Shown in pieces: positions 1 through 9,747 of a DNA stretch of 64,000 nt. The translations under genes and the position numbers were made by a program. The DNA comes from an uncultured Gemmatimonadales bacterium (lineage in GTDB: Bacteria; Gemmatimonadota; Gemmatimonadetes; Longimicrobiales; RSA9): positions 544,001 through 608,000 of the forward strand of contig CAWCUS010000001.1 in NCBI GenBank assembly GCA_963798845.1, in the 5' to 3' direction. How positions within the stretch are numbered: the first letter of the stretch is position 1; each line of letters starts with the position of its first letter. The notes beneath the pieces are model-generated. The model worked only from the letters and a program-made list of their open reading frames with translations, searched no databases and had not been told where the DNA came from.

Positions 1-1118
1 GGACGCCGTCGCCACGGCCAGCTCCGCGTCGCGTCGGGCGCCGGCCAGCTCGGCGGCGGTGCGGTCCGCTTCGGCGCGGGCGGCGGCCACCGCCCCGCCG
101 TTCCGGTTGAACAGGGGGATCGGGAGGCTCAGGCCGAACGTGGGCAGCAGCCCCGGCTCGTCGGGCGCGCCCTCCTCCACGCCCAGCCGCAGCGCGGGCG
201 CCGGCAACCGCCCCCGTCGCGTCGAGGCGAGCCGGCCCAGTGCGGCCTCGCGCTCCGCGGCGGCGGCGGCGAGGGCGAGGGCGGTGTCCGGCGGGGCGTC
301 GGCCGGTGGGGCGTCGGCCGGTGGGGTGGCGGCCGGTGGGGCGTCGGCCGGTGTGGTGGCGGCCGGTGCGGGGTGGCGGCCGCGGCGGCGGGCATCGTCG
401 CCGGGTCGAAAGTGTCGACGGCGATGATCCGGATCGAGTCCACCGGCAGTCCCATGAGGCTCTGCAGCTCCAGCGTTGCGGTGAGCGCGGTCAGCGAGTC
501 GGAGAGGAAGGAGGACTGGAGCTGGCGGGCGTTGACGCGGGCCAGGTCGACGTCCAGGTCGCTGGCATCACCGGCGTCGCGACGCTGCTCTGTGACGCGC
601 ACCAGCCGCTCGCCCTCCTCCGCCTGCCTCGCCGCCAGCGTGGCCACCTGCCGACCCGCTGCCGCCTCGGCGTACGTCCGGGTGATGTCATAGCGCAGGC
701 GGGCGCGCTCCACGGCCAGCCGGAGCGACGCCGCGGCGGCGCCCGCGCGCGCTCCGCGGATCCGGGGCCCCCGCACCCACGGGTACTCGAACGGCTGCTC
801 CAGGACCACGTGGTAGTGTGGCGCGTCCTTCGTGTAGTCCGCCGCCAGGTCCGGGTTCGGCCACTCCCGGGCCGTGCGCAGCTCGGCCCGCGCCATTCCT
901 GAGTCCGCGCGGGCGACCGCGACGGAGGGCGAGGCGGCGAGGGCCGCGTCCAGCGCCTCGGCGAGCGTCACGGGGCGCTGGGCCGCGGCCGGCGAGGCGG
1001 CCACGACCGCGGCGAGGGCCGCGGCGAGCGCCGCGCCGCGGGCGGGGGTCCGGCAGCGCCCGGCAAGCCGGCGACGGACCGGGCGTTCGGGGTTGAAGGC
1101 ACGTCGTCGTCCTGTCAC
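1..1118 (-). CDS. TolC family outer-membrane efflux protein (runs off left edge; frameshift near 370)
   Basis: GTG at 1118 overlaps the kinase stop (GTGA). Signal peptide ...AASPAAAQ, then 'VTLAEALDAALAASP', 'WPNPDL', 'AGDASDLDVDLA'. After the 15-bp repeats the reading continues in another frame as 'RLPAPALRLGVEEG...LSLPIPLFNRNGG', typical of TolC/CzcC. Confidence 0.85.
283..380. repeat. Imperfect 15-bp tandem repeat (CCACCGGCCGACGCC-like on minus strand) encoding a Pro/Ala linker
   Basis: About 5-6 copies of ggccggtggggcgtc/ggccggtggggtggc seen directly. Confidence 0.8.
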
Positions 1119-2380
1119 GCATCCTCCAGCGGTAGTGTCACGGTCGCGAGGGTGCCACCGGCAGCGGAGCGGGCCAACTCCACCGTGCCGCCGTGGGCCC
1201 CGGCGATCCAGCGTGCGATGGGAAGGCCGAGTCCGGCGCCGGGCGCGCGGCCCCGGGCGGGGTCGGCGCGGTAGAAGCGCTCGAACACGCGGGCCAGTGC
1301 CTCGTCGGAGATCCCGGGCCCCTCGTCCTCGACGTGCACGCGCGCCCGGCCGTCCGCGCGCGTGGCCCGCAGCCGGATCGTCCCGCCGGCGGGCGAGAAC
1401 TTGATGGCATTGTCCAGCAGGATCATGAACAGCTGGCGCAGGAGCCCCGGGTCTGCCCGTGCGGGGAGCTCGTCCAGCGCGTCCACTTCCAGCGCCACGT
1501 CCCGCTCCCGGGCCAGGACGCGGGCCGACGACGCCGCGTCCAGCAGCACGTCGTCCACGAACAGCGACTCCCGCCGCTCCGGCCACGCCCCGGCCTCGGC
1601 CGTGGCGAGCGTCAGGATATTGGCGAGGATCCCGCTCAGGCGCTCCGTCTCCGCGCGTATGGAGCGGAGGGTGTCGGCGTAGTCGTCGCCGGAGCGGGGG
1701 TGGCGCAGCGCCACGTCCGCGTGCCCCTGGACCACGGAGACGGGCGTGCGCAGCTCGTGGGCGGCGTCGGCCATGAACCGGCGCATGCGGGAGAACGCCT
1801 CATCCACCGGCCGGATGGAGCGCACGGCCAGCAGCCACCCGCCGAGCCCGGCCAGGAAGAGCGCCGCGGCCGCCGCAGCGGCGAACGCGGCCACCAGCCC
1901 CGGATACTGATGGTCGATCTCCAGCGCCTCGCCCCCGGCCACCACCACGCGCCGCTCGCCCCCGTCCAGCGTCACGGGCGACGCGTACGCCCGCGCCGTG
2001 GCACCGCCGGGGAGGTCTCGCTCCACGAGCCGTGCGCCGCCGTGCGCGGCGGCCAGGGCGAGGTCGCGGACCCAGGGAGCGGCGGTGTCGGGATGGATGA
2101 GGTGCCCGGCGTCGTCGAACAGGTAGAGGGCCCGGTCCGGGATGCGGAGCTCGTCGAGCGCGTCCACCTGGCCCGGGCCCGGGGCGCCCTCACGGACGCG
2201 GGTGTCGGCCGCTTCCACGACCGCCTCGGCGGCCTTGCGGAGCGAGCGGTCGAGCTGGCTGGAGGCCTCGCGCGCCACCACCCAGAGCAGCGCGGCGCCG
2301 AAGCCCAGCAGGAGCAGGGCGAACACGCCGATGTACCAGGCGGTGAGGTGCAGCCGGAGCCGCCGCAGCCCCTCGATCAT
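1115..2380 (-). CDS. Two-component sensor histidine kinase
   Basis: Two TM segments; H-box 'FMADAAHELRTP'; N-box 'LLDNAIKFS'; G boxes 'DEGPGI' and 'GAGLGL'. Confidence 0.95.
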   Translation of the reverse strand: MIEGLRRLRLHLTAWYIGVFALLLLGFGAALLWVVAREASSQLDRSLRKAAEAVVEAADTRVREGAPGPGQVDALDELRIPDRALYLFDDAGHLIHPDTAAPWVRDLALAAAHGGARLVERDLPGGATARAYASPVTLDGGERRVVVAGGEALEIDHQYPGLVAAFAAAAAAALFLAGLGGWLLAVRSIRPVDEAFSRMRRFMADAAHELRTPVSVVQGHADVALRHPRSGDDYADTLRSIRAETERLSGILANILTLATAEAGAWPERRESLFVDDVLLDAASSARVLARERDVALEVDALDELPARADPGLLRQLFMILLDNAIKFSPAGGTIRLRATRADGRARVHVEDEGPGISDEALARVFERFYRADPARGRAPGAGLGLPIARWIAGAHGGTVELARSAAGGTLATVTLPLEDA

Positions 2381-2405
2381 GCCGCCGCCCCCGCACCCGT
2401 TGCGC

Positions 2406-3074
2406 TCACGCCCCGAACCGGTAGCCGGCGCCGCGGACGGTGTGGATCAGGGGCCGCGCGCCTTCGCCGTCGATCTTCTTCCGGAGCCGGGCGATGAGCA
2501 TCTCCAGCGCGTTGGAGAACGGGTCGTGGTTCTCGTCCCAGACGTACGCCGTGATCTCGGCGCGGTCCACCACGCGGTCGTGGTTGCGGACGAAGAGCTC
2601 CAGCAGGTCCCACTCCTTGGACGTGATCCGGATGTCCTCGCCGCGCCGGCGCACGCGGCGACTGCGCAGGTCCACAGTCAGATCCTCCAGCTCGAACAGC
2701 TCGGGCGCCAGCTGCGGCGGCCGTCGCGCCAGCGCCCGGACCCGCGCCAGCAGCTCGCGCAGGTCGAACGGCTTGGTCAGGTAGTCATCCGCGCCGCTCT
2801 CCAGCCCGGCCACCCGGTCGGGCACGGCGTCGCGCGCGGTGAGCATGAGGATGGGCGTCCGGATCTCCTCCTCGCGCACCGCCCGGCACAGCTCCAGACC
2901 GCTGCCGCCCGGGAGCATGACGTCCAGCACGATCACGTCGTAGTTGCCCAGGATCGCCCGCATGCGCCCGTCCCGGTACGTGGTGGCCGACTCCGTCTCG
3001 ACCCCCTCCTCCTCGAGACCCCGGGTGAGGATGGAGACCATCTCCACGTCATCCTCCACGATCAACACGCGCAT
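2406..3074 (-). CDS. OmpR/PhoB family response regulator
   Basis: 'MRVLIVEDD', 'LDVMLPG', 'GADDYLTKPF', winged-helix end 'IHTVRGAGYRF'. Confidence 0.96.
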   Translation of the reverse strand: MRVLIVEDDVEMVSILTRGLEEEGVETESATTYRDGRMRAILGNYDVIVLDVMLPGGSGLELCRAVREEEIRTPILMLTARDAVPDRVAGLESGADDYLTKPFDLRELLARVRALARRPPQLAPELFELEDLTVDLRSRRVRRRGEDIRITSKEWDLLELFVRNHDRVVDRAEITAYVWDENHDPFSNALEMLIARLRKKIDGEGARPLIHTVRGAGYRFGA

Positions 3075-3087
3075 GCCCGCTCCCGGC

Positions 3088-4113
3088 CTACTGCCGCTCC
3101 ACCGTGACCAGCCGGTTCACCGTGTTCGGACCCTCGTTCTCCTGCACCAGCCCCACGCCCCGGCAGTACAGCTTGGTCTCCCGGACGGTCGGCTCCAGCG
3201 GGGTGGTGTCCACCGTCCTGATGCAGTCGCTGAAACTGCCCTGGGGCACCGTGGCGGACACGTTCAGCGCTGCCACCCGCCCCTGGTCCTCCGCCACGCC
3301 TCTGCGGTACTCCTGCCGGTACGCCTGCCCCACGGACGGGTTAGCCGGCATGATGAGTCCCGGCTTCGCCCCGGCCTCGCCCGCCTGCCACGAGCCGGAT
3401 GTGGAGACCACACGGCCATTCTCCAGCTCCCGCGCGTCCTCGCCCAGGTACCACACGTTGCCCGCCCGGTCCTGGGCGTACCAGTCGTACGTCTCCTCCG
3501 CCAGCGCGCCGTCCCCGTCGTACTCCCGGTCCAGCACCACCGTGGCCGCGATTCCCTGGATGTCCTTCGTCTGGCCCGTCACCGTGACCACGTTCTTCTC
3601 GCCGTTCGTGGACTCGTAGCGGTAGACCGTCCCCGGCGCCAGAGGAAAGTACGGGTTGTCCACACCGGCGACGAACTCGCGGGCGACGACGCCGGGCTCG
3701 TACGGCTCCGTGACCGGCGCCGGCGTGGCCGCGGGCGCGGCCTCGCCGGCCTCGCCGACTTCGGCAGCTTCCCCTGCCTCATCGGCTTCCCCGTTCTCGC
3801 CGGACTCCTCCGCCTTCTCGGCCGCCTCATCGGCCGCTCCCTCGTGCTCGCGCGCCAGGACCTTCCCGGTCACCGCGTCCACGTGGACCTCCTCAACCCC
3901 GGGCTGGCCGGCGGCCACGAGGTCGTAGGAGTAGATCCACCGCCCGCCCTCGTGCTCCAGCTCCTGCCCCTTCACTGTGGCCCCGGGGACCACAGCCAGT
4001 GCGGCGGCGCGCGCGCTCGGCTCCGGTATGCGGTCCTCCGGCGGGTTGCCGGCGCAGGCCGAAAAAGCGAGCAGGACGGCTGACATGGACGCGACCTGTG
4101 CCATGCTCCTCAT
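3088..4113 (-). CDS. PepSY-domain lipoprotein fused to an uncharacterised beta-rich domain
   Basis: ATG at 4113 with CAGGAG RBS; lipobox 'FSAC'; PepSY 'ELEHEGGRWIYSYDL...EVHVDAVTGKVL'; acidic linker; C-domain 'DNPYFPLAPG...DWYAQDRAGNVWYLGED'. Confidence 0.75.
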   Translation of the reverse strand: MRSMAQVASMSAVLLAFSACAGNPPEDRIPEPSARAAALAVVPGATVKGQELEHEGGRWIYSYDLVAAGQPGVEEVHVDAVTGKVLAREHEGAADEAAEKAEESGENGEADEAGEAAEVGEAGEAAPAATPAPVTEPYEPGVVAREFVAGVDNPYFPLAPGTVYRYESTNGEKNVVTVTGQTKDIQGIAATVVLDREYDGDGALAEETYDWYAQDRAGNVWYLGEDARELENGRVVSTSGSWQAGEAGAKPGLIMPANPSVGQAYRQEYRRGVAEDQGRVAALNVSATVPQGSFSDCIRTVDTTPLEPTVRETKLYCRGVGLVQENEGPNTVNRLVTVERQ

Positions 4114-4169
4114 GATTCCGCTCTCCTGTGATGTTCCCAGTGTTCCCGGGGCCAAGATAGCGGCCGCCT

Positions 4170-4187
4170 GCTAACAACAGGCTAACA
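4170..4187. promoter_or_regulatory. Direct repeat GCTAACA-N4-GCTAACA, candidate OmpR-family binding box
   Basis: Two GCTAACA copies 11 bp apart in the divergent intergenic region upstream of the PepSY-regulator-kinase-TolC operon. Confidence 0.5.
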
Positions 4188-4357
4188 CGGAGATCGGGGG
4201 AAACGTTGACAGCTGGGCGGCTGTCATCCTCGGCTGTTATCCTCCCGTTATCTCCGCGGGCGTATTGTAGTCCGTTCCCGCACGGCCGCGCCCGGTCCTT
4301 TGGATCGCGCGCGCGTCGACGGGACCACCGCTCGCCACCCCTACCTCGAGGACTCCG

Positions 4358-5389
4358 ATGAAGCGTTTCCCGGCACTCGTGCTGGTGCTCTCCCTCGCCG
4401 CCACACTCGCGCTCCCCCGCCCGGCCGCACCGCAGTCCGGGCCCTACCAGGTCACCCGTCATGTCCAGCTCGGCGGCGACGGCGGCTGGGACTACATCAC
4501 CGTGGACACCGCCGGCAACCGGATCTTCCTCACCCGCTCGGACCGCGTCATGGTGGTGGACCAGAACTCCCTGCGACTGATCACGGAAATCCCCGGGCTC
4601 CAGCGCGGCCACGGCGTGGCGCTGGCGTACGCGGCCGGCCACGGCTTCGTCACGTCGGGTGCGGACAGCACGGTGACCATGTTCGACCTGCGGACGCTGG
4701 AGGTGCTGGGCACCACCACGGCCGGCGTGGACGACGACGCCGTCCTCTTCGACGCCGCCTCCGACCACGTCTTCACCTTCAACGGAGACGCCCACTCGGC
4801 CAGCGTCATCGACCCCGTGAGCGGCGAGCGCGTCGGCACCATCCCCCTGGGCGGCAAGCCGGAGTTCGGAGTGAGCGCCGGCAACGGGAAGGTGTACGTG
4901 AACATTGAGGACCGGAGCGAGGTGGTGGAGATCGACGCCAGGGCCATGAAGGTGATGCGCCGCTGGTCGCTGGCGCCGTGCGAGGAGCCGAGCGGCCTCG
5001 CCATCGACGTCGCCCACCACCGGCTCTTCAGCGTCTGCCACAGCCGGGTCATGGCCATCTCCGACGCCGACGCCGGCAGGGTGGTGGCCACGGTCCCCAT
5101 CGGCGCCGGTGTGGACGGCGCACGCTTCGACCCCGGCACCGGCTATGCCTTTGCGTCCAATGGCGATGGCACGCTCACCGTGGTGCACCAGGATTCGCCC
5201 GACGCGTACCACGTCGTGCAGAACGTGGCCACCCTGCCCGGCGCCCGGACCCTGGCCCTGGACGCGCGAACGCACACGGTTTATACGGTGAGCGCGAAGT
5301 TCGGACCGATGCCGGAGGGGGAGGGCCGCCGACGTCCGCCGCTGGTTCCGGGGTCATTCGAGCTCATGGTGATCACGCTCCAGCCGTAG
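4358..5389 (+). CDS. YncE/YVTN-type secreted beta-propeller protein
   Basis: Signal peptide; 'GGDGGWDYITVD', 'HGVAL', 'LGGKPEFGV', 'CEEPSGLAID', 'GARTLALD' repeats. Confidence 0.88.
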   Translation: MKRFPALVLVLSLAATLALPRPAAPQSGPYQVTRHVQLGGDGGWDYITVDTAGNRIFLTRSDRVMVVDQNSLRLITEIPGLQRGHGVALAYAAGHGFVTSGADSTVTMFDLRTLEVLGTTTAGVDDDAVLFDAASDHVFTFNGDAHSASVIDPVSGERVGTIPLGGKPEFGVSAGNGKVYVNIEDRSEVVEIDARAMKVMRRWSLAPCEEPSGLAIDVAHHRLFSVCHSRVMAISDADAGRVVATVPIGAGVDGARFDPGTGYAFASNGDGTLTVVHQDSPDAYHVVQNVATLPGARTLALDARTHTVYTVSAKFGPMPEGEGRRRPPLVPGSFELMVITLQP

Positions 5390-5399
5390 CCCCGGCTGT

Positions 5400-5650
5400 C
5401 GCACGGCGGCCACTCCCGCACTCCCCGCTGCGCCGGAGCGTGTCGCCGTATGCGAGCAGCCCGTTCGCGTCCTGCCGCATGGTGGTAGGAGACAGGCTCG
5501 AGACTCAACCCGGCCGCCAGGGACCCGCGCCAGCGCCGTGGCCCTGGCCTTGGCCTCAGGAACCGTGTGGCTCGCCCCCTGTCCATGCACCGGCCCCGCC
5601 AGCGTGAGGGCGGCGACCACCGGGGCCGTAAGCGTCCCGATCCGTCTCAT
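5400..5650 (-). pseudogene. Degenerate PepSY-like secreted protein (paralog of 3088-4113 N-terminus)
   Basis: AGGAGG RBS, signal peptide, and 'VPEAKARATALARVPGGRVES', similar to 'IPEPSARAAALAVVPGATVK'. The reading then breaks; another frame gives 'QDANGLLAYGDTLRRSGSAGVAAV'. End coordinate is approximate. Confidence 0.5.
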
Positions 5651-5684
5651 GCGCCTCCTCCTGGTCCTGTAATCTGGACCCCAG

Positions 5685-6785
5685 CCTCGGACCAGGTTTT
5701 CCCTTTCCGTTTTGGCCGGAAATGCTATGGCAACGCCCTGGCGGAACCGGCATCATCGGCCCATGGGAAGACATAAGAGGGCCCACGCCCCGGGCATGCT
5801 ATTCCACCTGGTTTCGCGGACCCACCGCGGTGAGCGCTGGTTCGTTCCCGAGCTCCGGGACCGGTTCACCCGACTGATCCCGGCCGTCGTGAGCCGGACC
5901 GATGCGCGCTTACTGGCGTTCGCCGTGATGCCGAACCACCTCCACATCCTGCTGCGACAGGGGGAGATGCCGCTGTCGGCGTCGATGCAGCCGCTGGTGC
6001 GCCGAGTCGCCTACAGGGTCCAGCGCCACCACGGCATCGAGGGCACTGTCGTCGAGCGACGGTTTCGGGATCGGCTCTGTGAGAGTCCGGACCATGCGCG
6101 AGAGGCGCTGATGTACGTGCATCTCAACCCATGGCGCGCCGGGCTGTGCGGCGGAACCCTCGACTACCCGGGAACGACTTACCGGGCCTATCTGCCCGGC
6201 GCCGACCCCGCGGCTTTCGGCATCGCCCCGGAGGCCCAACGCCTCATGCTCGAACTCTTCGCCCTCACTCCCCGCGCGACGCGGGATGATCTGTGTCGCG
6301 ATCACCTGGTCTGGCTGCGGGACCGCATGACACGCGATATCCGGTGGAGGGCCGGTATTTCGGACTCGGGTAGCCCTGAGTCCGACATCGCGCCCAGTTC
6401 CCTGCACTCCGGCCACGGCGACGCCGCCTGGCTCCGCCACTTCGCCGCTCACGCAGACCGGGCGCGGAACGCCATCCGTCGCCCGCGCCTCGACCTGCGC
6501 GACCGTGTCATGGCCGAGCTGACCCGGGCCGGCGAAGGCGCGACGCTCGACCAGCTTCGCGGTTCCTGGCTGTCGCGTCCGCTCGCCCGCATGCGAGCGC
6601 GGGTCATTCGTGGCCTCAGCGACGACGGGTACCGGACCGGCGATCTTGCACGGCTCTTCGGCACAAGCCCGACCACCGTGTCCCGGGCGAAATACGGGTA
6701 TCCCGCCGCCCCGTAGCCTTCGCCAACTGCAGCGGCCTCGGCCGAGACCGAGGGCGCAAGCGGAAAAGGGAAACGTGGTCCGAGG
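5685..6785. mobile_element. Putative Y1/HUH (RAYT-like) element bounded by 25-bp imperfect inverted repeats
   Basis: 5685-5709 CCTCGGACCAGGTTTTCCCTTTCCG versus reverse complement of 6761-6785 CCTCGGACCACGTTTCCCTTTTCCG (22/25 identical), enclosing only the transposase gene. Confidence 0.65.
5763..6716 (+). CDS. Y1_Tnp / REP-associated tyrosine transposase-like protein with C-terminal HTH
   Basis: 'FHLVSR', HUH motif 'VMPNHLH', 'RF' motif, catalytic 'YVHLNP..AGL'; C-terminal 'GDLARLFGTSPTTVSRA' helix-turn-helix. Confidence 0.88.
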   Translation: MGRHKRAHAPGMLFHLVSRTHRGERWFVPELRDRFTRLIPAVVSRTDARLLAFAVMPNHLHILLRQGEMPLSASMQPLVRRVAYRVQRHHGIEGTVVERRFRDRLCESPDHAREALMYVHLNPWRAGLCGGTLDYPGTTYRAYLPGADPAAFGIAPEAQRLMLELFALTPRATRDDLCRDHLVWLRDRMTRDIRWRAGISDSGSPESDIAPSSLHSGHGDAAWLRHFAAHADRARNAIRRPRLDLRDRVMAELTRAGEGATLDQLRGSWLSRPLARMRARVIRGLSDDGYRTGDLARLFGTSPTTVSRAKYGYPAAP

Positions 6786-6788
6786 GTG

Positions 6789-7346
6789 CTACCCCCTGCT
6801 CAGCCCCAGCTCATCGCTGATGTCCCGCATGGCCGCGATGACATTGCCCACGTGCTGGTCGAAATCGATGCCGATGAGCTCCGCCCCCCGCTCCACGTCG
6901 CCGCGGTCCACGCCGCGCGCGAACGTGGAGTCCTTCATCTTCTTCTTCACCGACTTGGGCTTCAGGTCGTCGATGCCGTTGGGGCGGACCAGGGCGGTGG
7001 CGGTGATGAGGCCGGTCAGCTCGTCGCAGGCGACGAGCGTGCGGTCCAGCCTGGTCTCCGGCTCGACGCCCGTGAAGTCGCTGCGGTGGGCCAGGATGGC
7101 GTGCAGCACCGGCTCCGGATAGCCGCGCTCGCGCAGTGCGTCCACGGCCCGGAGCGGATGCTCGTCCGGGTACTTCTCCCAGTCCAGATCGTGCAGCAGC
7201 CCGGCCAACCCCCACAGGTCCTCGTCCTCCCCTTCCATGCGCGCGTAGCTCCGCACCGCCGCTTCGACCGCCAGCATGTGCTTGCGCAGGTTCACGTTCT
7301 CGACCCACTCCTCCAGCAGCTGCACCGCTTCCGCGCGATCCGGCAT
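6789..7346 (-). CDS. HD/HDIG-domain metal-dependent phosphohydrolase
   Basis: 'NLRKHMLAVEA', 'GLLHDLD', 'AILAH', 'ACDELTGLI', 'KKMKDSTFARGVDR'; GAGGAG RBS. Confidence 0.9.
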   Translation of the reverse strand: MPDRAEAVQLLEEWVENVNLRKHMLAVEAAVRSYARMEGEDEDLWGLAGLLHDLDWEKYPDEHPLRAVDALRERGYPEPVLHAILAHRSDFTGVEPETRLDRTLVACDELTGLITATALVRPNGIDDLKPKSVKKKMKDSTFARGVDRGDVERGAELIGIDFDQHVGNVIAAMRDISDELGLSRG

Positions 7347-7511
7347 GGTCCCGACTCCTCGCTCCGAAGGGCCCGCGGCCCCGACAATGAAGGATGGAAG
7401 ATGTGGGCAGGCTCCGGCCAGGGCAAAACACCCGGCGAGGACGTGGCGGCGCGCCGGAGCCTGGCTCGCCACGCGTGGGCGTGGCACGTCCTGCGGCAAC
7501 CGGACCTCCCG

Positions 7512-9747
7512 TCAGCCTGCGAACGTCTCCAGCAGACGTTTCAGCACGTCCGGCTCCGTCACGGGCGAGGCACAGCTCCGACCTGCGCACACATACGCGC
7601 GCGGCGCTTCTCCGGTGACCATGGCGCGGAGCACGTCGGGAAGCGTCGCGCCTCCGGCGACGCCGCCGTCCGTCGTCGCCGCACCCGCCACCTCCGGCGC
7701 CAGCCGCCGGACCACCGTGGCGGGCCGCGTGGCGCGGAGCGCGGCATCCAGCAACGGGCCGCGTCCGTCCTCGCCCGGCTCCTCCACCACGACCACCGTC
7801 GTGACCGGCCCGGTAGCCCATCGGAGGGCACGGAAGTACGTGGAGGCGCTGGCCGCGAACTGCGGCGCGGAGCCGGCGTAGGCGCGCAGGACCCCGGCGG
7901 CGGCGGCGGCCAGCGCCGGGTCGTCGCGGAGCGCGGCCAGGCGAGAGAACGCCATGGCGGCCACGGCGGTCGGCGACGGCTCGGGCGAGTCCGCGATCTC
8001 GAAACGGCCGTGGCGGAGCAACGATGGGCCGGCGGCGCTCCTCCGCGGCGTCGTCAGCGTCCGCGGCGGCGCCTCCATCATCGTCGGCTCCGGCCGGGCG
8101 GGCGGGGAGGTCGAGAAGCGCGCCGGACGAGTGGGCGAAACGGCGGCGGATGACCTCCACGACGGCGGCCGCGCGCTCCAGCCACCGCTCCTCCTGCGAC
8201 CACTCGAACGCGTCCAGCATTGCGGCGGCCGCGTGTGCCTGATCGGGCAGGTGCACGCCGGAGTCGGGGTCGCCGAGTCGGTGGCGGAAACCCCGGCCCG
8301 AGACCCACGCCTCCGCCCAGACCCGCTCCAGCGCCCGCAGCGCGGCCTCCCCCGCGCCGTCGATGCCCAGCCAGCGCGCCGCTGCGAGGTGGCCTGACGC
8401 GACGAGTGAGACCCATCCCGCGTAGAGGCTCTCGTCCACGTAGGGACGCGGACGCCCGTCGCGGGCCTCCTTCAGCGCTTCCCGGGCCGAGGCGAGCAGC
8501 GCCTCCACTTCCTCGGCGGGGCGCTCCACCCGCCTCGCCACGCTGGCCATCGACGTGGCGCGGAAGAGCACGTGGCGGCGAGGATCCAGGTGCATGGCGC
8601 CAGCCGGATCGTCGAAGCCGAAGCGGAAGCGGACCGCCAGCGCAGCCGTGGCATACACGTCCTCGCCGATCGCCGCGGCCATTTCCTCCACGGTCCAGGT
8701 CCAGTAGTCGCCATCGTCCTCAGGGCCGATGTCCGCGTCCTGCGATGCCGGGAAGCCGCCCGCCTCCACGAGCGCCGGGGCGACGTCGCGGTAGTAGCCC
8801 ACGATCCCCTCCGCCGCTGCGGTGAATTCCGCATCACCGAAGAGCGCCGCCGCCCGCGAAAGCACTTCGAGCAGTGGGCCGTTGTCGTAGGCCATCTTCT
8901 CGAAGTGCGGGATGATCCAGCGGGCATCCGTGCTGTAGCGGTGGAAGCCGCCGCCCAGCTGGTCGTGGATGCCGCCGCCCACCATGGCGGCCAGCGTCTC
9001 CCGGACCATGGCGCCCGCAGCGCTCGCCCCCGCGAGCCCGCCCGGCTCCCCGCCACTGCCCCCACGATCGCCTTCGCCTGGAGCTTCCGCCGCCCGGTCC
9101 AGAAGCAGCGCCAGGCTGCCGACGGACGGGAACTTGGGCGCCCCGCCGAAGCCGCCGTGGGCGGCGTCGTAAGCCCGGGCGAGCGCCTGGATGGCCTCGT
9201 CCACGAGCCCGGGCCGGAGCTCGCCCGGCGACGCTTCGGCCGAGAGCGACGAAGTGAGCCGCTCGCGCACCGCCGCGGCCGCCTCCATCACCCGCGACCG
9301 CTCCTCCTTCCACACCCGGGCCACCGCCTGGAGCACGCGCCGGAACGAGGGTCGGCCATGGGCATCCTCCGGCGGGAAGTACGTGCCGCCGTGGAAGACC
9401 TCGCCGTCGGGAGTGAGGAAGGCGGTGAGCGGCCACCCGCCCTGGCCCACCAGAGACTGCACGGCGCGCTGGTAGCGCGCATCGACGTCCGGCCGCTCGT
9501 CCCGGTCCACCTTCACCGGGACGTACAGCTCGTTGATGAGCGCGGCCGTGTCCGGATCCTCGTAGCTCTCCCGGTCCATGACGTGGCACCAGTGGCACCA
9601 CACCGCGCCGATGTCGAGGAGGACGGGGCGGTCGGCCTCGCGGGCCAGGCGGAACGCCTCGTCGCCCCACGGATGCCAGCGCACGGGTTGTTCGGCGCCA
9701 TGGCGGAGGAACGGACTCGCGGCGCCGCCGAGCGGAGAGTCGCTCAC
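7512..9747 (-). CDS. Thioredoxin-domain protein, DUF255/YyaL/SPATA20 family (frameshift near 8040)
   Basis: 'SPFLRHGAEQPVRWHPW', 'WCHWCHVMDRES', 'GGWPLTAFLTPDG', 'PHFEKMAYDNG'; C-terminus in a second frame 'ADSPEPSPTAVAA...AYVCAGRSCASPV'. Confidence 0.88.

Noticed and set aside
5763..6790. IS605-type element with TnpB/IscB and a guide RNA
   Set aside because: No RuvC-containing ORF is adjacent, and there is no room for one between the flanking genes.
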